DNA of 53,184 nt, counting the filler, from Jimgerdemannia flammicorona (Eukaryota), in assembly GCA_003990765.1 (NCBI GenBank). It is 3 parts of 3 records of this genome, joined end to end, with 100 filler letters (N's around TTAATTAATTAA, not from the genome) between each part and the next. Parts side by side here need not be neighbours in the genome. Positions count along the whole stretch, not along the records: positions 35,528 to 53,184 come from RBNJ01002460.1; 2 more parts are not named here. One strand, 5' to 3'. Every line of letters begins with the position of its first letter. The first letter of the stretch is position 1. A program made the translations under genes and the position numbers. The notes below the pieces were generated by a model. That model was not told where the DNA came from. It searched no databases and saw only the letters and a program-made list of their open reading frames with translations. This document shows positions 35,428 through 49,043 of the stretch, piece after piece.

Positions 35428-35527
35428 NNNNNNNNNNNNNNNNNNNNNNNNNNNNNNNNNNNNNNNNNNNNTTAATTAATTAANNNNNNNNNNNNNNNNN
35501 NNNNNNNNNNNNNNNNNNNNNNNNNNN
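35428..35527. other. Artificial assembly spacer
   Basis: Same N44-TTAATTAATTAA-N44 structure as 17667-17766. Confidence 0.97.
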
Positions 35528-36195
35528 TTTTTTTTTTTTTTTTTTTATAGTCACTTAGACTTCCACTTTATTACCAAACTATCTATGACATAATACTAAT
35601 ACAAATATGCTCCTTGCCCAATTCTACTTAGAATATCTCTCTCTCTCTTCTCACTATTCTTCCAAAATACTGTCATTCTCTCTACCACCCCAATTCTCCC
35701 CCCACTCTTCCTACAGATTGTCTCTACTAATCACCACTGATATCCCCCACCTATATCTCCATTCTCCCACCACCCATTCAACATATCTGTCATCAGCCAC
35801 TTCTATCTAATCACTCTCACCCCCAATGTCAAATAATAGCCCTCCTCAAATATATAGAGCCAATGTCCTGCCAGTCTAATCCAAATTGCTAACATCCATC
35901 CTAATGTCAGCCACTTATCTCCTAACCCTCCCCCACCAGTCTCCTCCAGAGGCCACCCCACCTCTCTCTTGCTGCTAGCTCTGATGAGTATACCCCTAAC
36001 TGTATCTCAACTGTTTTTCAAAAGTCCTCTATCACCTCATACTCCCCCAGCCAATGTTCAGACATCTGTATCACTTCTCCCTTCTGTCTGACATTTAGGC
36101 ACTTCTTACACTCCTGAGCACCCCCTTCTACCAAGTGGTCTGTCCAGTAGTTCAATATAACATTATGCTGTAAAACTCTTCACCACACTACTTTG
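35528..36195 (-). mobile_element. Family L-related 3' fragment with poly(A) tail, old
   Basis: Poly(T) followed by ATAGTCACTTAGACTTCCACTTTATTACC, similar to window positions 1-32; homology continues into the ORF2 C-terminus. Confidence 0.8.
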
Positions 36196-36719
36196 AGACA
36201 AGTGATTAACTATTGGATAAGTACTGGCTATTTGGATTGAACTTGCTAGATATTGATTATATGTGTTTGAGAATAGTCAGCAGTTGGCACTTGAAGTATA
36301 GTTGTGAGATAGGAATGATTATTATTGGACCTTTTGAATAGTTGGTGGCAGGAGTGGGGACTGGAGGGGGGCTCCATAGGTAGTACTCTGCAAATCCAAC
36401 CCAATTAATCTGAAATCTGACCCATAAAACAGCCAACTCTGAATTAGACATCACCTGTCTTTAATCCAATCCAGAATTATATATTACCCATCTTTAACCT
36501 GATCCAGAATTATATGTCACCCATCTTTAACCTGATCTGAAAATGTATATCACCTGACCTATTATTTACCCTTAACCCAAACCTGAATCTAACTCCTGAA
36601 CCTGACTCTGAGTCCAACTCCTAAACCCAACCCTGAACCCAACCCTCTGAACTCTGCCCTGAAAAAATGATTCAAATAATATTTGGATAATATTCAGAGT
36701 AATTGGAAGTGAAAAATAT

Positions 36720-39050
36720 CTGAAGACTATTAAGAATCTAAATACATATATACACAAATTGTATTTACATATAAGCTGTTTTGACATTCAGTCACCAGCT
36801 CACCAGTAATAAAAAAAATACATTCAGATGGAACAGATATTGCTGAAATAGCAAGATAATCATGAGCCATTCATGAAAGATTAGGATATATTGACTGATT
36901 TCACTACCACCAATCTAGTATATCTATATGAGGATCAGCTAAATTCTCTGACAAATAACTGAAACAGAGAAATATGAGTGAAAATTAACCAATCAACCAA
37001 AAAACATAAAAACAATACCCACCATTCAAGCTCATTATCTATATTGATATGCTGTTTCTTCTCATATATTGAGTTGATAAAATCATCAGCATCATGGGAT
37101 ATTGAGGATATAATGATAGTATTAACAGACTTATACTCCTTTTCCCAGATATGTTCTATCTGATTCTTCTATTCATCAATTAAGGATTTTTTCTATTGCT
37201 TATGATGGAAATAATATATATTGATATATAGATCTAAGGCTAAAGCTATGCTATATAATAGTGTTATCTTGCAGTAATACTTTAGAAATTTCATATATAT
37301 ATTCTCAGCAATAGTAAGCATTATCTATAAAAAATAAAAAATAAATGGAAATATATACATATTACTTCCTAATTACTTACTAAATTAGTTCCTAAATTCA
37401 CAAATAAAATTACTTTTAAAATCATATATATACCTGATTAAAATGTTCACCAGTTTGATATGTATTGATGATATCTTCAAGATGATCACATAGCTAATTA
37501 AATAGTGGGATAACAGCCACTATTGTAGGATATTTCAAAGCTAATATCATAGTTGTCACTTTGGCAAAAGACTTGAAAAATTGGCAAATCAATTCAAATT
37601 GTTTCTATGCATCTTCAAATATATTGCTCATTTGCTTATCCATGACATACAATATATCTAAGTCCTATTTGGATATAATATCAATTTATTTAGTACTAAA
37701 ATACTTCTGAATTATATTTCAAAATCTATACAAATAGATTCAAAATCTTATCTTATAAATCTCCAGAGTATGTACTAACATTTTATATATAGAACTCTAT
37801 TTCATCATAACATCTAAGAGAGGCTTCAAAATGAGAATTCTGGAGAATTCACAGACCTTTACCAGTTGTGCTTATCATTGTGCTGAATTTTTGATCTTCT
37901 TTATCAACTCTCATAGCTTTCCAATGGACTTACTAAGAGAACTAAGAGTATCATGAACAATGAGATTCAATACATACCCAAAACAGCATATATAAGCAAG
38001 CAGATAATAGAGATTCTTAAACAGAGTATTGTTATTACTGGCATTATCATACACAATAGCAATGATTTGATTATCACTAGGCAATAAATTATCTATTACT
38101 AGCTCTAGACTTTTTACAAAATTGGCACCCATGTGTATTATTTCACTGATATTTACAAAGTCTAAGATAATGACATACATCTTCCAATCACTGTCAATCC
38201 AATGGGCTATTATTCTAAAGAAGGCCTTAATATTAATGTCTGATGTCTAACAATCAAGTGTAAGTGACACCTTTGACTTGAGCCCTGCTAGTCTTGCTTT
38301 TACTTGAGTCTGCAATAGTTTGAATTCCTTTTGAATAACTCACAAAATTGTATCAGCTGATGGAAGGGCCAGATCAGGGCATAATATGTGAAGGAGATAC
38401 TTAAAGCCAGTATTTTCGATAGTAGAGAATGACTAATATCTAGTGACAATGAAGTTGGCAATTAATCAACAGAAATTTTCATCACTTAAAGTCTTACTAG
38501 TGTGTTCCTATTTGTAATAATAAAATTTAATAAATTATTTTTCTAATAACCTCCTATATACTTCCTGAATTCTATTTTATCCATACTTATAATATTATCT
38601 TTCTTAGACCAGTGAGGATTCTCAGTATGCTGAAGAGGTAAGAGCATGGCATTGTAATGCTTCCAGAGATATTGTTTAGGATTGTTGATATTGCTATCCT
38701 TTGATATATAGCTCCAAGTCATGCAATAGTTATAACTGATGAGCTTACTTTGTAAATTCTATTTGAATAGAGAGATATGAGACTATATTAGAACCTCAAC
38801 TACTTACAACTGATTACCCACCCTTATGACTGATGAGACCAACTATCTCTATAAATACAACCATTAGTATAATATATAAAACTACCTTTGTGGCATGATT
38901 CCACATCCAGCTATTACCAGGTTTTGTTTTTATTTTTATTTTCATGCTCATTAGTAATAATAAACTGGTAGAGATATCTGATACATATATTCTCCAATAT
39001 ATCATCTAATATATCATCTGATGGTTCTAAGATTTCTCCTAAATGTACTT
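36720..39050 (-). pseudogene. hAT transposase (probably intron-containing), decayed; ends approximate
   Basis: SWMWNH (BED-like), LPSADTI, VSLTLDC*TS, IVYDNASNN, CFGYVLNL, and the dimerisation domain LDWW..YPNLS*MAHDYLAISAISVPSECIF. Confidence 0.88.
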
Positions 39051-39419
39051 CTTAATCTTTAAATATTTCGAAAAGTATTTGATGATAGCAGGGACTGGGA
39101 GCTTGAGTGGGAGGCTGAGAGCTGGAAAGTGGCTAGGAAGTAGTAAGCTAGGGAGTAGCAAACTGGGAAACAAGCTGGGGGAGCATTGAACTAGGGGGTG
39201 GGGAGTGGGGGAAGGTAGCAAGCAGCAGAGAAAGCCAGGAACTGTGGAGCCTGGAACAGAAGTTAGTGAGCTAGGGTACAGCAAGATAAAGAGCAGTGAG
39301 GTGGCAGTGTAAGGTACAATAGCCAATGATTGATTGTAGACAGAGAATGGATGAATAAATATATATGAGTAGTGAACTGGTACCCATCACACAACTGCAA
39401 ACAGCAAACATACTTTGGA

Positions 39420-40057
39420 GATTCAGCATGTTCTGCATAAGCTCTGATTGAGTAAGATTTATAACAATATTTGAGTGAGGTTTGTGGTGCATTTGAGTAA
39501 GATTTGCAGTGAGGTTTGAGTAAGATTTGCAAGCAAGATTAAAGTGAGATTTACAAGTAAGATTAAAGTGAGATTTGCATCTAAGATTAAAGTGAGATTT
39601 GCATAAACCAGGCTTTACAAGCCTTGTACTTATAAGCCTGGACAAGCTCAGTTACAAGCTGATATGATGTATATATAAGTTGATATCATGTGATATCAGC
39701 TATCAGCTGAGCTTGTAAGTACAAGGCTTACAAAGCCTGGCTTATGCAAATCTTGCTTGAACCTCACTGCAAATCTCACTGCAAATCTTGCTCAAACATA
39801 CTACAAATCTCACTCAATTAGAGCTTATACAGAACTCACTGAATCATATAGAGAAGAGTAGAATGCAGTAAGAAAAGCTCCAGATTGTAAGTATAAGCAA
39901 AAGTATAAGCATAAGCTTTGCTCTGCTCAGTCTGACAAGCTGATAATAAGCTAATATTATATGATATCAGCTATCAGCTGAGTGGAGCAAAGCTTGTGCT
40001 TATACTTATACTTATACTTGTAATCTGGAGCTTTTCTTACTGTGTTCTGCTCCTCTT
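39420..40057. repeat. Two adjacent long imperfect palindromes inside the hAT element (39420-39845 and 39854-40057)
   Basis: Arms such as GATTTGCATAAACCAGGCTTTACAAGCCTTGTACTTA / TAAGTACAAGGCTTACAAAGCCTGGCTTATGCAAATC and GTAAGAAAAGCTCCAGATT / AATCTGGAGCTTTTCTTAC. Both centres contain TGATATCAGCTATCAGCTGAG. Confidence 0.9.
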
Positions 40058-40385
40058 GTGTTCCACTCCTCTTATACAACTCTTATGTATTCCTCTACCT
40101 CCCTCACTCTTATTTCTCAGATTACAAACAATATGCAATTTATAAATAAGTTTTGAAAGAGATTTCAAAGAGATTCCAAAAGAGATTTCAAAGAGATTCT
40201 GAAAGAGCTTTTGAAAGAGATTTTGGAGAGATTCTGAAAGAGCTTCTGAAAGATGTTATAGCTTTTAAACATTTAAGATATTGAAAGCTTACTTTCATCC
40301 CTCATTCTTTTCATCTTATCCTTTGCTTCACCTCATCCTTTGCTTCACCTTACTTAATTTATCACTATGTTGAGAAAATGTAGAT

Positions 40386-40697
40386 ATGACTACCCAGCCA
40401 ATAAGTATTTACTTGGCTTCCCCCAAGCTCAATGTACTTCAGCTTGCCATTCCAAAGCTTGGTGCCCTAAAGATGCCCAGCTTGCCAATACCTAGTCTGC
40501 TGAGCTTGTCAATACCCAGTCTGCTAAACTTGCTGACACCCAGCCTGCCAAGCTTACCAACACCCAGGTTGCTGAGCTTACCAACTCCCAGCTTACTGAC
40601 CCTCAGCTCCCTGATCTCCAGCTTGACCACCAGCTTGCTGCTGGTCTGCAAGCACAAGGTCTCCTACCAGATCCCAATAATGTAGTTCAAAAAAGTT

Positions 40698-40732
<35 letters not shown>

Positions 40733-41579
40733 TTAATTTTTAAAGTTTTTTTCCTAATAATATTCGAAATATATATATCCTCCAGCTTCTAATCCTGGGC
40801 CAGAGTGCAAATATTACTACAATTGCCATTTTTTCCATCAAGTTTGCCCAAGTACTATCTGGAAGTATTGTCAAACCAATTTTCCAGATATCCCAAACTT
40901 CATAGAGAAAAGACCTTATAAATTGGACATTAGACATGCTTTCACTGCAGCCAATAAATGTATTAAGAAAGTATATGACAACTAACTGAGGCAAGAAGTT
41001 ATAAGAGTAATGGAAAACAGTGCAAAAATTATAGAACATTTGTCATACTATACTGGCTTTAAGGTGAATACCAAAGCATGGAATAAGCAAGGTTATCCAG
41101 ATGAAATTGTCATCATAGATGAACATGAAAAACTGCTGGCCATATTTGAATGAGTACCAGTGAAGAATGACAAAATGCTTTATATGTGACTGATAGATAG
41201 CAGACTTGTACATTTTGTTGAAAAGAATAGTGGTAGAGAAGATAGAGAGATGGGAGAAGTCAGTACCAGTGAAGGGGTCAGCACTGGTGGAGAGGTCGGT
41301 AGAGAGGTCAGTATAGGGAAGGTCAGTATAGGAGAGGTTAGCACAGGGAAATATGGAGAGGTCAGCATGGAGAAACATAGAGAGGTTGGTACAGAGGATG
41401 AAATAAAGGTTAGTATAGAGAAGGTCAACACAGAAGAGGATATAGAGGAGGAGAATATAGAGGAAAGCAGTTCAGAATATATAGAGAAAGGTGGTTTGGA
41501 ATATGAGAAGGAGGAGGATCAGTTGATTTATAGTGATGAAGAGAAGGAGGATCAGTTGGTTTATAGTGATGAAGAGTAA
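40386..41579 (+). pseudogene. Second, divergently oriented gene inside the hAT element (unknown function)
   Basis: Pro/Ser/Leu repeat exon 40386-40698, probable intron ~40699-40785, then a continuous frame to 41579 broken only by TAA/TGA/TGA (each one C>T from CAA/CGA); Glu-rich tail. Confidence 0.55.
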
Positions 41580-42420
41580 GATCTGTTCATATCAGTAAGT
41601 TTTTTATTTTTCTGATTTACTTCCTATTTATTTCTGATTTTATTTTGATTTCTGATTCCTAATTATATTTCTGTTTATTTATTCTAAATATATATCTTAG
41701 ATATGTAATATATTTTTTTTGATATCTTGTAGCTTAAAAGCAGATTAAAGGCAGGTCTATATCAGTTAAATATGAGTCAGGGGTTGGGTCATATATATTT
41801 CTTGGGTTGGGTCACATATATTTCTCAGGTTGAGTTAAAGATAGGTTATGTATAATTTCAGGTCAGGTTAAAGACAGGTGATATGTGTTTCCAGGTCAGG
41901 TTAAAGATGGGTGATATTTAATTTTGAATTAGATTAAAGATGGGTAATGTATAATTCTGGGTCAAATTAAAGACAAGTGATATATATTTCCAGGTCAGGT
42001 TAAAAATAGGTGATGTATAATTCTGGGTCAGGTTAAATATGTACACAGGTTGGCTTGGGTTGCAATATACTATCCATAGGAAGCTTGTAGAGAAGATTTG
42101 CAGATAGAGTAGAGAGAGGATTTGGGTTGTAGAGGAGATAGTATATTTTTAGAGAAATAGAAAGAAAGGAGGGGGGAGAAGACTTCTTGTGAGATTGAGT
42201 AAGAGGTTTGTTATACATCTATATTAGTATAATATAGATTGGAAGATAATAAAGTGAAAGTCCAAGTAACTATAAAAAAAATAAAAAAAAAATAAAAAAA
42301 AAAAACCAATATAGAATATCTATCTCTAAGAAAAAATTGAAAAAAATTCTGTCAAAGTCCTTATTAACAGTAGAGTAAGTAAATGCTACCTTGATAAAGA
42401 AACTACTAATAAACAATGAC

Positions 42421-45400
42421 CTCTCTCTGTTATAAATTATATTATATAAACTTTTAACAATACTTTTGATATAGTTTTTAGAGCAAAGATAATAATAACA
42501 TAGTAACCAACAAGAGATTAGAGGAGTATGCTAGATAGAGTAGCTCTAGTACATTTGACTAGCAGTATATAGAGAGGAGTTATGACTTGGAGGGAAGTAT
42601 GAGGAACTTGCTAGCTGGAGGACATGGAAGAGAAGGTAGCAGTACTAGAAGGTAGAGGACTGAAAGAGTGAGCTTTGCTAATAAGACCAAGGCTGAGCAC
42701 TCATTGACAGTCTTGGAGACCTGGTTGCAGAGTGATAAGGAGAAGAAGAGAGATATAGGAGCTAATAGAGAGACTCCTGGGAGTAGTGGTGGTAGGGCTG
42801 GGAGAGTTGTGGCTTAGAGGAGTGAGACTGCTAATAGAGGGAGAATTGCTAATTTGAAAAAAAATCCAGATATAACAGCTGATGGTAGGGCTGGACAGGA
42901 GCAAGACATGAGGCCTAGAGATCTAGCTGATAATATAATGGGCCTGATGGCAGTACTGTTACTCAAGAAATCAGTGTCCAAATTTACTATTATATTATAC
43001 TTCTAGGGTCTAATAGTCATAACAAGGATGGTTCTAAGGTTGCTGACCTAGGAGGTGAAAGGGGCTGCCTTGGTGAAGTTCTTGAAGGGTCTAGAGAGGA
43101 TTGAGATAGGGTTTGAGAAGGAGAAGTTAATGCTGGAGATATTGAAGAAAGAGGTAGTTGAAGAAAGAGGTAGTGGTAGCAACATTCAGGTTACATGATC
43201 CTTTGACAATACTTTCGATACAGTTTCTGGAGAAAAGCTACTAGTATTATGGTGACCAATGAGCATCCTGAGGTGCAGACTGGGCAGGGTGGCCCTGGAG
43301 CATTTGAATGGCAGCAAGTGGGGAGAGGCCCTGGCTTGAGGGGAAGTATGAGGGGCCTGCTGATAGGAGGCCGTGGTGGAGGAGAGGGCAGAGCTGGAGG
43401 TCAAGGGTCTGGCAGGGTGAGCTTTGCAGAGAAGGTGAAGGGGAGTCGGCAGGGAGCTGGGCTGGAGAGCTGACTGAGAGGGGGGAAGGTACCAGTGAAG
43501 ACTACCAGGCAGCAACCTCTTAGGGGTACCTCTCTGGAGGGCCATAGGGGTGGAGCTAGGGGGGTAGTGGCTGGGGTGGAGACTGCTGATGGGGGTGTGA
43601 TGGGTGATCTGGAAAAAAATCTAGATGGGACTACTGATGGTGAGCCAAGCAGTGGGAAGAGCATGAGGCCCGGAGATCTGGTGGATGGTGTAATGGGACT
43701 GGCAGTGGCTCCATTACTCAAGAAGTCAATCTCAGTATTTGCAGTCACACTGTGCTTCCAGGGCTTAGCAGTGATGGCAAAAATGGTGTTGGGGCTTATC
43801 GCTAAGCAGGTGGCAGGAGTGGCTTCAGTGAAGTTTCTGAAGGGACTAGAGGGGGTGGAGGTGGGTTTTGAGGAGGTTGAACTGCTGGAGGAAGCACTGA
43901 AGGTTGGGCTGGTGGTTGGGGAGGTGTGTGTTCCAATGGCAAGGTATTTGAAATGGGATCCGAGGGTGGTCCAACTGCTGGTAAAAGGAGTACCCATGGT
44001 GACAGTGATGGAGATGAGGAAGAGAGTGGAGGATGTCATGGCAGAGTACGGAGAGGTGGTGGATATCGGATTCAGGGTCTGGGAAGGGACCATGCTCAGG
44101 ACTGGGGATGTGGATGTGAGGATTCGGCTGGCTGGGAAAGAGGCTACTGGGAAGGCGAGGGACTGGCCTTTGGTGATGGTTTGGGGAGCATTTCTGTGCA
44201 AGGTGACATGGGTGAAAGGAAGTGAAGAAGAGGAGGAAGATTTATTGGAAGCGCTGGAAGAACTGGATGGGGCTGTGGAGTGGCAAGCTAAGGCCTGGAA
44301 GAATTTTGAGGAGTTGATACACCTGGAGGTGGTGGATGGAAAGAGGATTTGAGTGGACAAGGTGCAGTAGGAAAGGACTCAGGGGCAGAAGAGGCAGAAG
44401 GATCTGCTGGCTAAACTGGGGAGTGGACTACAGAAGGATGAGAGTATGAAGCTGGGTGCAGAAGGGGCTGGAGCGAGTGTCTGGGTGGGTGAGAGGAGTG
44501 GGAATGATAGGGCAAAGACAGGGAAGGCAAAAGAGGTGAAGACTAGTGACCCATATGCTGATGGCACCTTGGAGGTTTGGGATGAAGTCTGAGAGAACTC
44601 CCCCACCCCTTCCCCTCTTATCAGGTATGGCCCAGCTTTCAGGAACAAGTCTGGGGAGGACATGACAATGCTGGGGACCCAGCAGGTGAAATTCAGTGTT
44701 CCGGAGATAATGAATGGGGACCGAGTAGTGGCGGCTGGGGAGGAGGAACTGGTGGATGTCTCGGAGGTGTGGGATGAGGATGCAAGTGCCAGAGCTGACA
44801 CCATGATGCTGGATAGAGGGAGGCCAGCGACCCCTGGTGGGAAGGAGGTGGGGAACCTACTTTGGATGTGCTGGATGATGAATAACCTAGCAGCAGAAGA
44901 GCTGGGGGAGGTGGACTTGTATGGCATGGGTGATAAGTACTGGACAAGAATTTTGCAGGGGGAAGGAGTGGCAATGGCACTGAAGGCAGAAATTCTCATG
45001 GTGTATCTGGAGGAGAAAGGGTATGAGGTAGACAAGGAGAGGAAGGCAGAGTTGGTGGTCATTGCTGGGGAGAAGGCTGAGTACTATTGGAACAGGCATC
45101 ATAGGTTGCAGCTTTGGCAGGAGGCTTGTATTGAGTACAGAGAGGAGTTTGAGGAGAAGGCAGATGAGGAGATGAATGAGCTGTTGGCTGGATTGGAGGC
45201 TCAGAGGGCTGAAGAGGAGGTGATGGCTGAATATAATCTGGACAGGGCACAGGAGGAGATGGGCATGGAGCAGTAGGGATTGATTGAGAACAAACCGTAT
45301 TTCATTATGAACAGTATAACCAATATTTTTCTTTGAATGTAAATGGGCTAAGGGGTGCAGTTAGATGCAGGAACATTTTTATTTGATTGAAGGGATTAGA

Positions 45401-48400
45401 GGCCAATCTCTTCCTCTTGCAGGATGTCAGGTGCGAGGATGATTCTGATAGGATGGAATGGACTAAGGAATGGAGTGGCATGGCAATTTGGAACAGCAAG
45501 GTCAGGATTCTGGTTCGGAAAGGCAGAGGGGAGATAAGGGATATAAGGAGACTGGTCTAGGGTGAGTGGATTTGTGCAGGTTGGGAGTCAGTCACAGTTG
45601 GCTCCTGTTACTGCTCTGCTGTGCAGGGGGAGCATGTGGATTGGGTGAAAGGGCTCCTGGAGAGTGGAATCCTTGCTGAAGCTGGATTGGATATGCTTGG
45701 AGGAGATTTCAATATGGTTCAGGATATACAGCTGAATAGAACTGATAGAGGACGGGGTGCTGAGAGCAGGAGTGGGGGGCTGGCGATGTGGGAGGAGGTC
45801 GAAAGGCTAGGAGTACTGGTGGATGCTAGTAGAGAGTACTGGGGGGACAAGAGGGTATATACATATTGGGCTGGAGGGCTGGAGACAAGGATTGACTGGA
45901 TTCTGATGGCTGACTGTTGGGGCCGCAATATTTGGAAGGTGCTAGAGGTAAAATGGTGTCCATGGTCAGATCACTGGGGCCTTTTGGGACAGGGGTGTTT
46001 TGGGGGAAGTGGCGATGGGCCTGGACATTGGCACCTAAATTCCTCCTTGTTGGATGATGAGTCCTGGTGGGAGGAGTGGGTGAAAGACATTCAGCTGAAG
46101 GTGGAGAATTGGCAGCAGGAAGGGGCCACAATTGGGGTTCAGTAGATGAGGATGAAAGAGATGGCCAGGTTGTACTGGAGCAAGGTGGACAGAGTGGCTG
46201 GAAAGCAGCGAAGGCAGAGAGTGCATTGGGCTTCTACTAGATTGGCTAGGCTCCTGGAGGAGTAGGTGAGACTGGCAGCAGTGGAGGGAGAAGAGGATTG
46301 GAGAATAACGAGGGTGAAGATGGAGGTTGAGGAACTACAACAAGTGCTGCAGGAAGAGGAAGAGTCAAGGATGCAAGGCCTGGTGGCACAGCTTCGTTGG
46401 CAGGGGCTGGAGGAAGGGGAGAGGCCTTCTAAGTTTCTCATGAGGACAGTTTGAGCGAGAAGGGTACAGCAGCAGTAGGAAGGGGTACTTGACTCAGATG
46501 GTATACTAGTGTATGGTGTACAGGATATCCTTGGAACACTGAAGGCATGATGGAGTAGATTGTGGAGTAAGGAGGAGGGTAGGGCAGATGCTACAGCTAT
46601 TGATCAAACATTAGAAGATTGGCACCCACTATAAGCTGAGAGATTAGGTGACCTGGTGATGCCTGTAAAGGAGGACAAGATCCACCAGGTTCTTGCTGCG
46701 ACAGCCTCGGGTATGGCACCTGGGGAGGATGGCCTACCCTGGGACTTCTGGAAGTGAATGGTTGGAGTCCTGGATATGTTGGGGGAGTTGACAGCACTGT
46801 GTGACTTTATATTGCAGTCAGGGAGATGGGTGGGGGAACAGGATCTTGGGCTGGTGATACTGCTTTATAAGAACAAAGGAAGGTGAGAGGATTGGAAGAA
46901 CTGGCAGCTGATAATGTTGTTAGACATGGACAGAAAGTTGGTGACTAAGGTAGTGGTTGCAAGGCTACAGAAGGTAGCCCAGCAAATTGTAGGTATTGAG
47001 CAGAGGGGCTTCATAGGGGGTTGGCTTATTAGAGATGGCACAGCCTGGATACATAGAGTTATTGAAGGTGCTTGAGCCTGTGGACTGGATGGACATCTTG
47101 TCTTCTTGGACCAGGAGAAGGCCTATGACCAGGTGCAGTGAGTCTGGCTGGTGAAAGTATTAGATAGAATTGGGGTTCCAGTCCCATTTCGGTTGGTGAT
47201 GGTCAGCCTACTGGAAAGGAGTAGGGCTGTGCTCATGTGTAATGGGCATAGAGGGGTAGCATTCCCTCTGGGTAGGGGAGTGCCCCAGGGGGACCCACTG
47301 TCCCCCATTTTGTATGCTCTTTCTTTGAAACCTCTAATAGACAGGATTCAGCAGAGGATAGTGGGGCTCTCTGTCTATGGAGTTGGCTGGAAAGTTGGAG
47401 TCTTTGCAGATGATATGGTAGTTGGTTTGGGAGTGACTGCTGATGTCGAGGAGCTCAAGAAGACAGTGGAGTGGTATGAGGAGAACTCTGGGGCAAAGCT
47501 GAATTGGCATAAGTGCGAAACAATAGTGCTGGGCAATGGCCTGGTGGGTGGAGAGGTTATTGGAACAATTGTCCCTACCAGAGAGGCAGTGAGGTACTTG
47601 GGTATCTATTTGTCAGTCTATGGGTCTATTCTGCCCAGGCTGTGGTGGGAGCAGAGGATTGGAATTTGAGAGGAGAACCTGTGGAGTTGGGGGGGAAGAC
47701 ACTTCTCTCTAGCAGGAAGGATCTTGATTTTGAATGTATACTGGCTGCCAAAGCTATGATATTTGGCTTATCATCTAGACTTCCCAGTCTGGGTGGTGAA
47801 GAGATTGATAAAGGTGGCCAAGAGATGGATTTGGGCTAGCAGACAGAGTCAGATTGGTTGGGAGACTTTGTCCCTACTGGTGGCGAGAGGTGGTCTTGGG
47901 CTGGTGGACTTCTCCAAACGACTACACTGCTTGAGGGCATGGTGGCTTAAGAGGGTGGTGGAGTTGTATAGAGGGGGCTAGGTTCCCCTGCTGCAGAAGG
48001 TCTGGGAGAGGCAGTCATCACCAAGAGGCTCGACTGGTGATCTTCTTTCATTAGTTGGGCTTTGGAACACTGTACAACTGAGATATAAAGACTTCTGGTG
48101 GGGGATAGCTGAGGGGGTACACCATATTGGTATTCGCTGGTAAGGGGATGAGGGGGAGAGAGCTTGGGGCCCGACGATGTGGAGATGGAATGGCATTCTT
48201 CTGGGAGGTGTGCCTTTACTTGAGTTCAACATTGGTGATGGAATCGAATACCAAAGGGGACCAGGCCAGGATCTGTAGCCTAGTGGTTGGCAAGAAGTTA
48301 GAATTGGTGAGGAGTGGGACTGGCATGGGGTTTGGACCTGGAGTGCTACAGTGAAAAATTGGATGCCACCGAAGTACTAGGTAGTCTGGTGGCATATGCT

Positions 48401-49012
48401 GAGGAGGAATATGATGCTTAACTTCCGCTCAGGACACCTTGTTGTAGGGGGCTGCTTTGACTGTGAGGAGTGCCATAATGTAGGGTGGAAAGGGGGATTT
48501 GTACAGATGCCAGAACATTGGCTAGGGGAGTGTGAGGTGTTGAGAGACTTTTGGCAGACCATTGGGGACTGCCTGGGGGTGAGGCATAGGGGAGATGATG
48601 TACAGGAGAGGTGGGAGGACCTGAGGGATCAATTGGTAGAAGGGGTAGGGGAGGAGTAGATTACTTTAGGCTGGGCATTGGCTATTTGGGTTGGGCTGGC
48701 CAGTCACTGGCTATTTGTATTTGAGGAGAAGAGGTGACAGAACTTGGGAAGCTGGTTATCATAGTGGCAGTGCCTTATGGAGGATACCTTGACAGGCTGG
48801 TAGCTTGGTTGGAGGCTGCAGGGGGGTCAGAGGCGCTGCTTGGTAGTAAAAATCTATGGTCAGAGTGGTGGGAGAGTTGGAGTTGTTAGTGAGAGGATAG
48901 TCTTTATATGTGAAGAGGTGGGGAGGGGCCCCCCGATGGGGATCAGATAGTGAGTGGTGATATTGTATACTTATTCTTAGACTGGTAATAAAGACGGAGT
49001 CCAAGGGACTAT

Positions 49013-49043
<31 letters not shown>

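Larger units (their letters stand above)
36381..42072 (-). mobile_element. hAT-superfamily DNA transposon with both ends present, decayed
   Basis: Perfect 8-bp TSD TCCATAGG (36373-36380 and 42073-42080). Imperfect TIRs TAGTACTCTGCAA / TTGCAATATACTA. ~39-bp subterminal repeats in inverted orientation (~36440-36580 and ~41800-42035). Confidence 0.92.
36200..42304 (+). mobile_element. Short 5'-truncated family L-related 3' fragment (36200-36380 + 42073-42304), split by the hAT insertion
   Basis: LTIG*VLAIWIELARY*LYVFE resembles ITLGWALAIWVGLAGHWLFVFE. The right part ends AATAAAGTGAAAGTCCAAGTAACTAT plus poly(A). Confidence 0.7.

Noticed and set aside
33447..35483. ORFs 33447-34175 and 34347-35483 as independent genes
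   Set aside because: Canonical short introns join them in frame to the upstream ORF, and splicing completes the G5-like EASRK motif. Not excluded without RNA data.
36570..36660. AACCC-rich stretch as another telomere relic
   Set aside because: No clean CCCTAA array; it lies in the hAT subterminal region and is mirrored by GGGTT motifs at the other end.
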